DNA of 64,000 nt from contig QPGO01000050.1 in the NCBI GenBank assembly GCA_008632985.1, positions 434,001 to 498,000 on the forward strand. The letters run 5' to 3'. The stretch is from Psammoneis japonica (Eukaryota). A model generated the notes under the pieces. That model did not search any database. It had not been told where the DNA came from and worked only from the letters and a program-made list of their open reading frames with translations. The stretch's first letter is position 1; the number at the start of each line of letters is the position of its first letter. The translations under genes and the position numbers were made by a program. Positions 1 through 15,129 of this stretch are shown here, one piece after another.

Positions 1-108
1 GTCTTTGATGCGCACAAAAGCTGTTTTGTAGTAGCACCGTGAAATGGAATCGAGAGATGCCCCCATGCATGCTCGATTTCCAGGGTACAAAACAAACAGT
101 TAATGAGT

Positions 109-1864
109 CTAGCGGCGACTCATGATCCTTGCGGATCTACGCCCGGCGCGCCCAGCATTAGACGAAAGAAAGATGCTGCCCGTTGCTCCACCGAGCCTAG
201 GCGAGCGTCTCAAAGAGACAGGATGGGCTGCTTTCTCCTCGTTCTGCGTAACAACAGCAACAACATCCACCGGATCAGCGTCTTCATCTGACAACTCCGC
301 GTTCTCCAAGTCCTGATCCTCTCCTCGAATAATGGCATGTTGCAATGGCCCATCGTCCACGGGTTCCTCCAAATCGTCCATCGGTTCTTCCACATCTGGA
401 GGATCGTTCAAGACATCGTCAGGCTCCTCGTCTGCTACCGGAACGACTTCCTCCTCGGCAACAGAATTGTTATCAACAGCAACAGCAGGATCAGCCAAGG
501 GTTCCTCTTCACCCCCTCCTTCTAGAACAGTGTCGTGTTGCAATGACCCGTCATCCACAGGATCCTTCGAATCGTCCGTCGGTGCTTCCACGTCTGGTGG
601 ATCATTCAAGGTATCGTCAGGCTCCTCGTCTGCTACCGGAACGACTTCCTCCTCGGCAACAGAATTGTTATCAACAGCAGCAGCAGGATCAGCCAAGGGT
701 TCCTCTTCACCCTCTCCTTCTAGAATAGTGTCGTGTTGCAATAACCCGTCATCCACAGGATCCTCCGAATCGTCCGTCGGTACTTCCACGTCCAAGGCAT
801 CGTCTGGCTCCTCACGCACGTCAACGACTACATCCACGGGAACAACTTCCTCCTCGGCGATAGGATCAGCAGCAGCAACAACATGATCAGCAATGGGTCC
901 CTCAACCACTGCATCTACCGGAGCAACAATGGCCTTGACCGGTTCAATTGCCGCTGGAGTTCGCACCCATCCACGCCAATGATCATACCTTGGATGCGCT
1001 CGACATTCTCGAATGTATCGGTCTTGCTTCCACGCAAATTCAAGCATCGCGACAGCCAACTGCTCATCATTCAAGACGGGTATAGCATGGGTATAACGTG
1101 GGCGTCGAAGAACGCGTTTGGCAGCCCTACCAGTGGGGATTGGAGGAAGGTCGTCGACAAAGATATGCTTGATCATTTCTTCGTCCGGCAGCCACTCTAG
1201 ATGCCGCTGACGATACTGCCGAGCCAGCTTGTCATGGTTCTCGTCGATTCGTCTCAAAGCAAAGTCCAGCTTCCCATCTGATAGCACTGGAATCTTGGTT
1301 GTATACTTTGGGTCTCGAAGAACTTTTGGAGCAGCCACGCCGGTTGGGACGGCACGATCGCGAGCACCGTACAGGTTCTTCAGCCCGGCGGGTCTCCATC
1401 TGACACTCCCGCGGCAAAAAGCATTTGCGCTTCAACAACAGCAGCCAAGTGACCACAAACTGAAAAGCATCGTAGACGAAGTAGAAGAACGAATACACGG
1501 TCCATACAACCAATGCAACCGCGAGAGTAGCCGCAACAGCATCGCACGCTCGATCCCAAAGAAGCGTGGTAAGGTCGTCAATTTCCATAATTCGACAGTA
1601 CAAGAAATATACAGTGATACCAATCAACTTCAGCGAGCGGTATAGGAACGCCATAGCGAGTAAAGCAAGGAGAGCTGTGCAGACCGCAAGCACAAAGGAC
1701 GCCAATTCCTCAATCATGCAGCGAATCTCGTCCACGGCAACGCACGAGAAAATCCACAAGTCCCAAAGCAAACCGCTGACGATTCGGCCGTGGTTCTGCT
1801 TACCGTGAAATACGCGTAGCAGGAGATTGATAAAGAGAATGAGTAGTGCAATATATGCAATCAT
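109..1864 (-). CDS. Hypothetical protein: hydrophobic N-terminal part (ORF 1232-1864) plus acidic repeat-rich C-terminal part (ORF 109-1338), probably one gene split by a frameshift or intron
   Basis: Two overlapping minus-strand ORFs. The first has several hydrophobic stretches. The second has two degenerate 'VLR.P.YT..IPVL.D..L' repeats, D/E-rich 66-aa repeats and a basic tail (LRRSPRL...RRSARI). Confidence 0.5.
335..870. repeat. In-frame tandem repeat, 198-bp unit (66 aa), about 2.5 copies
   Basis: ATCGTCAGGCTCCTCGTCTGCTACCGGAACGAC occurs at 415 and 613. The protein repeat EEEPLADPA.AVDNNSVAEEEVVPVADEEPDD recurs. Confidence 0.9.
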
Positions 1865-4280
1865 AATGGGGTGATAGTATCGATAAAGATAGATTGGTAA
1901 GAGTGTGTTTCAATTCAACAAGTTGATTTTTGTTTTTTGTGTGGTGAGCGAGACGATCGCCCGTTGTTGCGGCTGGCATTATTCGTGACTGCGTAGAAGC
2001 TGTACTGGAAGAGCCCGTAGAAAAGCCGACAATCAGTCACGCTTTTCAAGTTTTGACGGGATGTGCGGGCACGTTTGCATTCGGTTACTCGTTGGCTCTA
2101 AGGTAGAGGGTAGAAACAATCAGAGGCCGGGATTGATGTTGGATGTATCCATAATGAATATCATCTATTTTAGAGCTATTCTCTACTATGAAATTCAGTG
2201 TTGCCTCGACAGAGCCCATTCTTCTTAGGCCTACTACAAGTACGCCTCAGACCCAAAAGTAGCATGCAGATTCTGGTGCTTGCTCCCGTGACACGCCACG
2301 CGTCAAACTAGTTGAACGATCCTCCCGATGATGCCATGGTTAACTGACAACGAATGCATTCTTGATTGAAGATGTCGATAGGGTAAGACTGTCCTCATCA
2401 TTGAGGAGTAGCTCCGCCGACCCATGCCACCTCCGCTTATCGTGCTCCTTGCCACTCACGGTTTGCATCTCGTCTGCATCCCATGCGTGCTCTTCACAGC
2501 GCTATCCAACGTGCGGTGCATCGCTCGCTTCGTGCAAGACTAGCTACGATGTGTCCCTATTCTGTGGCATGCCGATATTGCTTGTAGCTTTTAACTCTGT
2601 CGCCTTCATCGCTCCTCTAGCGTCGCGAAGAAACTTGCACAAACATGTCGAGGCGTTGAACCAATCCGTATGCACAAACCAGCTCCCACGACTGTTGGAT
2701 GTACAGGTGCAAATGATGAGAATTCAGGGCTTCGAGCTTCTCCGTACAGTACTTGTACCCGTGGCAAAAGAAGCTTGAATAAGGCAGATGGCTTCGTAAC
2801 CCAAGCGCGAGGAGTTGGGAGAGATTTGTTCGAGATACACCTCAATGACTGAAAGGTAGCAGTAGATGATCCTAATCATCACCTCCAACTTCCCACGATT
2901 TTCTCCAAACAACACTGAAAGAATTTGTCCATTGACTTGTAAGGCCAATTCTGTAGCTTTTAAGTGCATGACTGTCGACAGTGTCTACTTGGACGTGGTC
3001 AGAGAATCCTAGAGAGGAGGCAGTCCATTATTTCCTGTATGGCAACAAATGGTTACTTGCAGTGGAATAGTCGCTATCTGCAAGAAAACGACAATCGAGC
3101 TTTTTTCCGTATGCACATCGATGTTCAGCGGAGGCTCCTGCTCTTTTGAACGTTTGAACTGTACGAATCGGGCGAGCACGGCGCCAATTGTCAATCCACC
3201 CGACGTCTTGAAGCACCAATCCCAAAATCCCGTTCTCCACAGAACAACAGACCATAGCTCTCGGTCCATAAATGTCCTTGGTGGGTCGCTGCTACGCGTA
3301 TCTGCGAGACAGCAGCTTGCAAGCTTGCTCCGAGAATTATCAGAATGCACGGCGCGGAACAGTTCTTCTTCACGTAGGATGCTGCTGTTGTCAAGAACAA
3401 CAAGATCTTGGGGATACACTCCTTGCCGGAACAGTTCTTAGAAGCAAAGCGTAAGGAGGATTAATGAAAGCAAAAAAGCAATCGACAACTCCATCAATTG
3501 GAACATCGCCATTTGGCACTGCATACTTGTATCGAACATCAACATATGACAAATAATCGTCAGTCTCTAGCACCAATGAGCTACGCACGCCCCGTCTCCT
3601 GTTTTAATTAAGAGACTTCGCAATGCCATACGATATGGTATCGCTGTTCCCGAATACTGGTTGCGCATCATTCTTGTATTACCCAGCTCTGCACCTCGTG
3701 TATCTCACATATCAAAACTCTTTCACTTGAGAGGAGTTTTCCAGACTGAGCCGCAACCTGATCGCACGCTATTCATGAACCGCTGATGCAATCTCAGCAA
3801 ACAGCTTGTCGAGAATCGCTTTTGGTTTCTCGGGTTCGCTCTCTTGTTAGCTCTTGCCAAAAGCAATGCCCGATGTTTCCAAAATGTGACGTAAAACAAT
3901 ACGTGGCAAATCGCTCTCCGCACCACAGCGTTGCGAAGGACCACTTTACTGTATTCCAGTCCACATGTCTTTCAACTCTCTCCTTGGTATTTGCGCACAA
4001 AGTGCGTAGAAACGGGTGATGCGAGTAAGACTCGTTGCAAATTTTGTACCGATTGTAGTCGGAGAGGGAAACCCGAGCGGGTCACACTTTGGAGACCTTG
4101 TGGCTCAACATACTGATAATGCACTCACAGTCCATCCCACAAGCTGTGAGGACAATGAAGTTTTGGAACACTGGTCAAGGTGGTCGCTTTTTGTGCTCAA
4201 ATTTGAAGATCCCCGATAGGAAGAAGGAAGAGCTCTCGTGCGACTCAGCCAGTTGACTCCTTGAAACGAAGCTTCAATAT

Positions 4281-4964
4281 TCACGCACAACGCCAAAAAT
4301 CGAATGACCTCGACTTAGAAATAGAATATCCAAAGGAAGCAGGGATGGACCATGTCAACGTTCCAAACGTTTCCAACTGTTGGAGTTCTTCCATGAAGGA
4401 ATCATTTGGTTGGATACAACTCCGGCCTTTCTTGGCTAGCAGCAATGCATCGTTACGGCCGAGTGCGAACTTTTGCATCAAGTACGCAACCACAATGGCC
4501 CCAGATCGTGAAACGCCCATGCTGCAGTGCACCAACACATGTTTGCCACTGCGGATATATTCATCAATAATGTCAAAGGTAGGAGTAAAATAAGGACCGA
4601 TAGGAAAGGAGAGTGTGTCTTGCGCGTCGAAGAAATAGTAATCCATACCCTCCCTCATTTTTTCATGTTCGGGAAGTACGGTCAAGGATACAACCGCGCA
4701 AATGCCACTAGCTTTCAGAGCGTCGTGGTTGCGAGAGAGAGCTGAACTCAGCGGACCAATAAATAGAGACCCAAGCTGAGTCGTATCAATTGACAAATCT
4801 TGTTGTGGAAACGGGATCGGGTCAAACAAGCTGTCAAACGGCTTTGTGATTCGTATCTCTGACTCTGGCACTTTTCTGAGCGCCGCACCTGCTCCGCTCG
4901 ATATCTCTTTCAATATTGCGGAGCATTCTTCTCTCCGATTCGTTTTAATCGTATGAGACGACAT
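4281..4964 (-). CDS. Dual-specificity protein phosphatase
   Basis: Catalytic VLVHCSMGVSRSG (HCX5R), followed by AYLM and IQPNDSF motifs. Confidence 0.88.
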   Translation of the reverse strand: MSSHTIKTNRREECSAILKEISSGAGAALRKVPESEIRITKPFDSLFDPIPFPQQDLSIDTTQLGSLFIGPLSSALSRNHDALKASGICAVVSLTVLPEHEKMREGMDYYFFDAQDTLSFPIGPYFTPTFDIIDEYIRSGKHVLVHCSMGVSRSGAIVVAYLMQKFALGRNDALLLAKKGRSCIQPNDSFMEELQQLETFGTLTWSIPASFGYSISKSRSFDFWRCA

Positions 4965-5335
4965 ATTTTTAACGACAAAAATGCGGCTGGAGACCGCAGA
5001 CCGCAGTGGCTGGCTGGTTGAAAAAAATCAGCAGAAGATTAGCTTCGGTGCAGATCGTCTTCCAAATTCTTATTCGCTCTTCTCTACTTCCTGCAGCAAG
5101 AATCTTATTCCCCAAGGATCTGTTGCAATCGCATCAATTTTGCCTTTGTCTGATAGCTGGTAGCTGGTATGTGTTCTGGCAACAACATGCCGCAACATTG
5201 ACCGTCATCGCGTCGATCGCGATTGATGTTGATTGGAAATCTTCGTGACGTCATCCGGTTATGATGCAGCCTCCACCTCTTCGCACCCCACGTTATTTTC
5301 ATCCTGAATCCCACACAAAAATAAAAGCAAGCACC

Positions 5336-7573
5336 ATGGACGATCTTGCCGACGAAGCCGCGTCTCTTGACGGATACTTTAGCGATGCTCCGCTGGACCC
5401 GAAACCCGACTATCCTCCATTAAAGGATTCGTTTGATAATGTCGTTATCATCTCCAATCTGCCCAAAGTTCCCGAGAGCAAGGTTGAAAAGCTGACAAAG
5501 GTGATTATGAAGCTCGTCTCAAGAATCGGTACGCTCGCGGCTCATCCCGAAACAGAATACACCGGTATGCATCTGCCGTTTGACAGTAGCAAGGGATCGA
5601 CGTGTGGCTTCTGCATCGTCGAGTACGAAACTCCGGAAGAAGCCAAGAACGCTGTGAATGTGTTGGAGGGATACAAGTTTGATAAGAACCATTCGCTCGC
5701 AGTCACGCTGTACAATCGCGCGTTGGAACTCAAAGAGGTGGAGCAAGAAGAGTTTGTCGAGCCCAAGCCTGCTCCGTTCGTGGAAAAGCCTAATGCAACG
5801 TCATGGTTGGAAGATCCCAATCAACGTGACGCATTTTGTATTCGGCAGGGCAAAGAAACGTGCATTCTCTGGAGCGACGGCAAGCATGATCCCGTTGTGG
5901 ATTACGATGGGAGGAGGGAAAAGAAAGCGGGGGTAGCGTGGTGTGATTATTATTGTCATTGGTCTCCCAAGGGATCCTACCTGGCGACTCTTGTGCCTCG
6001 TGCAGGTGTTGTTTTGTGGAGTGGTGCCACGTATGAAAAGACGGGACGCTTCCCAGCTCCGGGTGTGGAGTTTATTCTATTTAGTCCCTGTGAGACGTAC
6101 TTGCTGACATCGAATAATCGCAAGGACGATGCCGAGGCCATCAAGATTTTTGATGTACAGACCTGTTCTCTCTTGCGTAAATTTCCTCTCTATCCAACAG
6201 GGTTGGATCCCGCAGCCATGGATGGACCGCCGCCTCCCTTTTTGTGGTCGCACGATGACAAGTACTTGGCTCGCATGGGAAACGGGTTGGTGTCCATTTA
6301 TGAAACACCCAGTATGAAACTATTGGATCGGAGATCGCTAGCTGCGGATGGCATTAACGAATTCCAGTGGTCGCCCAAGGCAAACATTATGGCTTACTGG
6401 GTACGTATGACGTGTTGTTGCGACGAAGTAACAGATGCCTACCATAGTTCCTTTTGTGTTTGTTTTTCGTAGTCCCTCAATTCCCCTAAACCCCTCTCGT
6501 CTATATTACAGGCTCCGGAACAAAACAATACCCCGGCTCATGTGGATTTGATTGAAATACCCAGCCGAAAAAAGTTGCGCCAGAAAAACTTGTTCAATGT
6601 GACAAAGTGCTCCATGGTTTGGCAAAACGACGGCGACTACTTGGCGGTCAAGGTGACGCGCCATACCAAATCCAAAAAGACGCTGTACAACAATATCGAA
6701 CTCTTTCGATTGGCAGAAACCGGAATACCCGTTGAAATGCTTGACATTAAGGACGCTGTCATGGCTCTCTCTTGGGAACCAAGAGGATCAAGGTTTGCCA
6801 TGATTCACGCCGAGAACCCGTCCTCGACCAAGGTCAATGTCTCCATTTACGACATGATGAAGACGCAGGAAGTACAGAAAAAGGGAAAGAAGGGAACCAG
6901 GACTGAAAAGCAGATTGTACCCGAACTCAACAAGGTGGAGACTCTCCAAGGAAAGCAGTGCAATTGTCTCTTTTGGAGTCCTGCTGGACAGACACTGCTC
7001 TTGGCCGGATTGGGAGACAATGCGTCGGGAACACTCGAGTTTTACAATGTCGATTCCAAGGCTCTTGCCGTCAAGGAGCATTACCGTGCCAACAATGTCT
7101 TGTGGGATCCATCGGGGCGTACAGTCGCGACGGTTGTGTCGCAACCCATTGGAGGAGGACACTTTAAATTTGCAATGGACAATGGATACATTTTGTGGAG
7201 TTTCCAGGGCAAGCAGTTGTACCAGCAATCATTTGAGACGTTTTATCAGTTGATTTGGCGTCCCCGAGAATCGCTCTTGTCGAAAGCAGAAATCGCCAAG
7301 GTCACCAAGAATCTCAAGCAGTACGAGAAACAGTTTGATGCTGCCGACAAACAAAGAAAGCGTGCCTTATACTTGGAAGAGACCAAGGGTAAACGTGCTG
7401 AGCGGGCCAAGTACCGTGAGCTATTGGAGAGACTGCGTGCCATTCGAGAACGGCAGAAACCGGAGCGTGTGGCACTCATGCAAGGATATGATTCAGACGA
7501 TGAATCCAACTACATTTCAAAAGAGGTTACCGTGGAGACAGTCCTCAGTACAAAGGAAGAGACTGTGTTGTAA
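5336..7573 (+). CDS. eIF3b: Eukaryotic translation initiation factor 3 subunit B (2 exons; intron 6401-6511)
   Basis: N-terminal RRM (VIISNLPKVP...GYKFDKNH), eIF2A-type beta-propeller (WSPKGSYL, LRQKNLFNV, WEPRGSRFA, WDPSGR, MDNGY, WRPR). The GT..AG intron joins AYW|APE in frame. Confidence 0.96.
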
Positions 7574-7841
7574 ATGTGAGCATGTTTGCGCACTAATACA
7601 GTATAAACGTAAGATTTTCTAAACGAAAAGCCGTGGCTTGGAGCGCAATAGCTGAATTTACCCGACTTTCACGATCTTTGTTGATTCTTTCACACATCCG
7701 ATGAGTTTTCTGCCTGGGATCACTGTTCTAGTTGAATCCACTAATCATCCGATGCTAGGTATTGATACAACTCACTCGAGCATCAATGACCATTTCTATA
7801 GCTCACGAGTAGTCTCCAGAGAGCAGGTTCCAGAGCTAACT

Positions 7842-10800
7842 CTAGAATGCATGCTCCGACGAACCAGGTTTTACGGAGCTCTTTTCCACAAACGAAACGC
7901 CTTCGTGATCCAAAGCATTCAGAATCGGCTCATAAATATCCTTTGTGGTTGGTAAGAGCAGACCTTTCTTGCCAAGACCTCTGCCGGAGAGCAGGAGATC
8001 AGTCGCCGAGGCACAGGTATACCCCACTGTCTTGCACATTGCAGTCATGTTTTCGTCCCCGAATAGTTGGAGACTCGACTCGTGCTTCTCGCGAGAACCG
8101 TCTTCGAACGAAGCCTCGACAAATGTGTACATCAAAACCATGTCTCTCTCATGTGGCTCAAACCCTAAGTTGTCTTCCAGTACTTGACAGAACGATTCAA
8201 TTGTGCTATCGGGATGAGACAGGGGAGGGGAAGCACTTTCGACATGGATTCCCAATAAGCTAAGACAGTCCAATGCTCGTTTTGCCGCGTGAACATCGCC
8301 ATCAGCACAACTCATTACAAGCTCTTCCAAACTACCGAAACCAAGGTTTTGCCGAAGGTTGCTGAATAGTTCGGACCATGTGGCGGCCTTGGGATTGTTT
8401 GCTTCAAGAAGGCCCATCTTCTGAAAAACTTGCATCACAACTGAAAAGCCATGGTAGCGAAGAGTCCCGCGGAACAACGACGACGCCATTTCGATATTGT
8501 ACTTGTCAACGTATGCGAGAGAGTTTCGATTGGGAAGGCACTCGAGATGCAACGAAGGCCATTCTTCTTCAAAAGGCATTGCTGACGATAGGAGGTCACT
8601 GCCGTCCACCTGTCACGGATAGTTACTCGTTAGCAAGCAAACCGAACTAAAAAGTAATCAACAAATCAAACAACAAACTTACGGAAACAACTTTGTTAGT
8701 GTCCAGGTACGCGGCGCTGTTTCGAGATGCAGCCAAAACACCCATCGGGCTCCAGCTGAACCTGTACATAAGCGGGTTGTTTGCTGCCTCCGGTGCAGGA
8801 AGTCCACCGCACACACTTGAGAAACTATTCACCGTCCCGCCACGTTGGTGAATGTCATCAACAATCCTCATGGCACTCATGTGGTCAAGACCGGGGTCGA
8901 GTCCAACCTCGTTTAGGATCGAGACACCTGCATCACGAGCTCTGCAGTAAAGAAGGCAGACTTGTTGAATAAGAGCTGCGATTCAAGCATGGAAATGTCT
9001 AACGGTTGCGGGTCGCCTTACCTATCGCCCATGTTTCTCATTTCTTCACTTTCATAGCTGGCAGTAACCAAATCTTTCTTTTGATCGATGCAAGCAGCTG
9101 CTATAAAAGGATGCATCTTCGCAGGCAGGAGGCTGACTGCAACATCCGCCTGTTCCAACAACTGCTTTAGCTGTTCGCGGTCTTTCGAGACGTCCATCAC
9201 AACATGGTGTCCTCGCTTCGCTTCGGCAGCCACGGATCTTGCCTCTTCGTCATCAGCACTGACCACGACTATGTTTCGTTGAGGAGAGCGACCCATGTAC
9301 TCGGCGAAGCTTTTGGAAACTCGCCCGGATCCTAAGAGCAACACCGACTCCTCACGGTTGTATGATTCAACCGTCACGCTTGAAGCCGCGTCGGCGTCCC
9401 ACCGAAGCACTTGACCGTGGCGTCAGCCTTTTCAATTAGATCTACAAGTGCTTCTACCTTGTTTCTAACCGTGACTAGATCAGCGCTACTGGTTTTGGCG
9501 TCAATGCGAAGCAGCGCGGTGGACTTGCTAACGCCATGGTCAATCTTGGCTGCAGGATGACACTCCAAGAAATCTGCATTGCACTGATGATTTTCAATTG
9601 CATCAAGGACTTGGTTTATGAGACCACTATCAAACAAATGCCCCTGATTAACAATCACAGACCAGTGTAAGCCACGCATCGAACAATTGTTAGAACGGAC
9701 ACACAGGTTAAGTACCAATGCGGATGCACCAAGAACTTACTTCCAACCAAATCAACAGGCTCGAGTCTGAAGAAACCATGCTGCGAGACGGTCTCGGTCT
9801 GTTCATCAGAGATTCAATGTACTTGAAATTTGAAGCTAGTGTCCCTCCTACCGTAACGCAAGCGTTGCTCTTTTAAAGAAGAAACGAATAGAAGTGAGCA
9901 CCGTGAAGGAATGGCAAATGACTACACTTCTACGACGAGACGAATACTCACAAGCTCCGGAGGCAGAACCGTAGGATTCTCCTTGAAGGCCAGCCGATCA
10001 TGCTTGCCAACATTGATTGTCGCGGTGCAAAGCTCATCGATTAATGGAACGAGGGCGTTTCCAAAGTGTGTGCTGCTCTCACGCGGCAATTCCGTGGGTA
10101 ATATGTCTAAGCCCATGACAGTCACAACGTCGGGAGAAAGCGGCTGCGATACTTCGTCCAAGAAAGGGTTGTACTGATAAAAGGGACTCTCAGCAGACGT
10201 GGTGCGTTCCAGAAACTCAATAGATCCGTTCACGTCGCAGGTAATATCCCCAACAACGAGAAGTCTACCATTAACGAACACAAGACGGGAGTAATGAGTG
10301 TTGTCGGTAGATCAAGATCCTTCATCTTCGTGCGGTAACTCGACTTCTTACCTCTTGTCTCGACTCGAGTACAACTCTTTCAATTGATCCTTTGTCAGAA
10401 GTCGTGGGTACCTCTCATCCCAATACATACAGTTCACAATGACGTTTACGAAAGGCGCAATCTTCGAATGAAAACAACCTTCATATTCACCTGGGTTCTC
10501 TCTGTAGTGTTGAACATCGAACTCCTGTTTCGACTCTTCTATTGGTCGAACCATGTCGTCTTGCTCTAAAACAAGTCCATACACCTGAAACTCAGGTCCA
10601 CTCTGCGCTCTGACGCTGACAAGCTCTTCCGACGTTATCAATTTATGCGGCAAAAGCTTAAATATTTCGAGCGCGCCGCCATTCACGTTACCTCCTTTTC
10701 CTGTAAACGCAAAAATTAGAGGCCCCAAAGCTGGCGGCAATCCATCACAAGCAATGTGAGATCCTAACTCGGCTACGCTACCACGAGCCTGTTCGATGTC

Positions 10801-11592
10801 ATAGTGCATGTAGGAGAGAGGGACATTTAGGAACGGAGTACCATATCCATCGGCAAGTAGACGTCTCCCAAGAGCTTGGAAGGTGTTAATCATTCCAGCA
10901 ATGCCTGTTTCATACAAAAAGGGGAAAGCCAGTCAGCATAATTGAATACATCCCTCCAACTCCTACCGATAGTCGAACTTACCGGCATATTTTCCAAAAG
11001 CAACCAAGCGTTTCTGCTTGCGTTCCTTTGCATTCGCTGTGCTTCGCATGCCACCCTCCACAATGCATTCGTAGTCGAACAACTGAATCCTGTGATCCAA
11101 AATATACTGCAGGAGCGGCATGTTTTCAGCCTGACCCTTGATCACGTGCGAAAAGAACATGTACGCTTTCTCTGGCAGCAGAGTTTCCATTCGGCGGGGA
11201 CGCTTCACCCCGATAATCAAATCAGCTGAAGACAAATCCTCTTGAACGATGGCACCAGCCTTGCTGTACTCATTGTCTGTAAAAACTCTTTGCGAAGCTG
11301 GCTGGACTATCACTTTCGAAAGATTTGATGGCTGCAATCTCTCTAGCAAATCATGCACATGCTGCGGAGTTAGGGGAGCTCTACGCTCCCACGGATTGTA
11401 GGTTTCTCGGAGCACACCCAAGACCATTCCACCATTTTCGCTGTATAACTTTGTAGTCGTAGAGAAATCACTACTCGATAGGCTGGCCGATACCAAGTGT
11501 CCTCGGCTCCGAAACAACCCAATGCCATGCCGACTTCTACCTTCCAAAACCGTCCGCTTTGCTGCTGCACGGGTCAAAGCAAAAGCCGTCAT
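7842..11592 (-). CDS. AASS: Alpha-aminoadipic semialdehyde synthase (bifunctional lysine-ketoglutarate reductase / saccharopine dehydrogenase), multi-exon
   Basis: LKR motifs WERRAPLTP, FFSHVIKGQ, LVAFGKYAG, YWDERYPRL, DITCDVNGSIEF. SDH motifs LLLGSGRV, GLDPGLDHMSAM, CGGLPAPE, FSWSPMGVL, RGTLRY, TAMCKTVG. The N-terminus resembles a mitochondrial presequence. One 1-bp frameshift near 9410. Confidence 0.94.
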
Positions 11593-11944
11593 GTCGCCGA
11601 CCGTTCGACAGAAGCGAGTGACAATGTCAACGACTCGTAACTCTCGACCAATCCCGCTTGTAAATGAAGAAGTTACCAACGGTGTCAACAGTCCAAAAGT
11701 TGCGTGTGAACAACATGTTTGGATGTTGGTGGCGGCAAATCTTGAATGAATCGTGACGCTTGTGTTCGCGCGTGTCATTCATCGCTGTCAAATCACGAAT
11801 TTCAAATTCCGAATTCTGATCCGTCTGTCGTCGCCATGCGCGCCGCCTGACCACTGCTGCGCGTGGCACGGACGGTCGCACGGTCGGTCGCCGCGCTGGA
11901 GCCCGCCCGTCCTGCTACCGGTACTGTACCTTTGATTTTGCCAG

Positions 11945-12150
11945 CGACCAGCGAGTGTTGGGGGCGGCACCATGGTGAATGACTTTGGCCTTGAAGAGAA
12001 GATTACGGTAGAGCACGTGTTCGTGTTGTCTGTTGCATCATCTCTGGAGGATCCGCTACGAAGGGCACTCGTGCGCTGGGGTGAATCGTCTCAGGGAATA
12101 ATGCGTTCACTATCAATCTTGGGATACTCTGCTGCTACGTACCTCGTACT
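11945..12150. repeat. Direct duplication of about 12657-12860 (unidentified gene fragment)
   Basis: CCATGGTGAATGACTTTGGCCTTGAA...GGATACTCTGCTGC is present twice with few substitutions. Confidence 0.9.
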
Positions 12151-12172
12151 CTTGGGCGCCTCATCGTTCTTG

Positions 12173-12650
12173 GATGCGTGGAGACGGAACCAGAGAAAGG
12201 AAGAAAAATGAGAATTAATCTATTTTGAACCCCTACAAATGCTTCATTCATCTGTTGCTGTCATAACGTACCGTGCCGACCACGGTGCTATCGTAGGTGT
12301 ATGTCTGTTTTACGGTACCCGTACTACACCAGATCTTTCTGTGGCTGTTCCATCAACGACGACCGTACTCTTTCCGTTTTCCTTGACAACCTCGTCCATC
12401 AGGTCAAAGCTCTCCTCCAGTTCTTCGGCAGCAAGATCTTGCAGGATGATTAGAATTGTTGATGCTGCGAGTCCAGTGGCTTCAAGAGGACTCACGCTGT
12501 CAAGGTTTCGCCGAAGAATGCCGCGGAGAACCTTTCCCACATGACCACGTCCATCGCGATCCAGGTGGGTTAGTGGCTCGTCCAAAACACAGAGGGAGAT
12601 CAGCAAAACCAAGACTCATGGCAAGGGAGCAACGACGCCATTGGCCTCCA
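12173..12650 (-). pseudogene. Duplicated 3' end and downstream flank of the SbcD-SbcC gene (copy of about 19710-20213)
   Basis: Near-identical sequence encoding LSGGQWRR...LDEPLTHLD...STVVVDG, with an internal deletion near 12595. Confidence 0.92.
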
Positions 12651-12935
12651 GACAATCCAGCGAGTTTCGGAGCTGGCACGACCATGGTGAATGACTTTGG
12701 CCTTGAACAGAAGATTACGTAAGAGCACGTGTTCATGTTGTCTGTTGCATCATCTCTGGAGGATCCGCTACGAAGGGCACTTGTGCGCTGGGGTGAATCG
12801 TCTCAGGGAGTAATGCGTTCATTATCAATCTTGGGATACTCTGCTGCCACGTATCTCGTTCTCACGCTCTTCATGCCTCTGCAATCTATATCCAACGTAC
12901 CAGGGCTTGTTCACAGCCATCATTTCCCACGGTAG

Positions 12936-14989
<2,054 letters not shown>

Positions 14990-15129
14990 TAAACGTTAAT
15001 TATACCTACAAATTTGTAATCCCTGTTTGTGATCGCACTCGTAGCGTGGTCGTTCACAAATCAAGATGAGACGAGGAAGCAACACTTTCTCGCTACATGA
15101 AGGAAACGACGTCTCAGGTTTTCAAGTAG

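Noticed and set aside
332..886. Ser/Thr-rich 184-aa plus-strand ORF
   Set aside because: It is the antisense shadow of the acidic repeat ORF.
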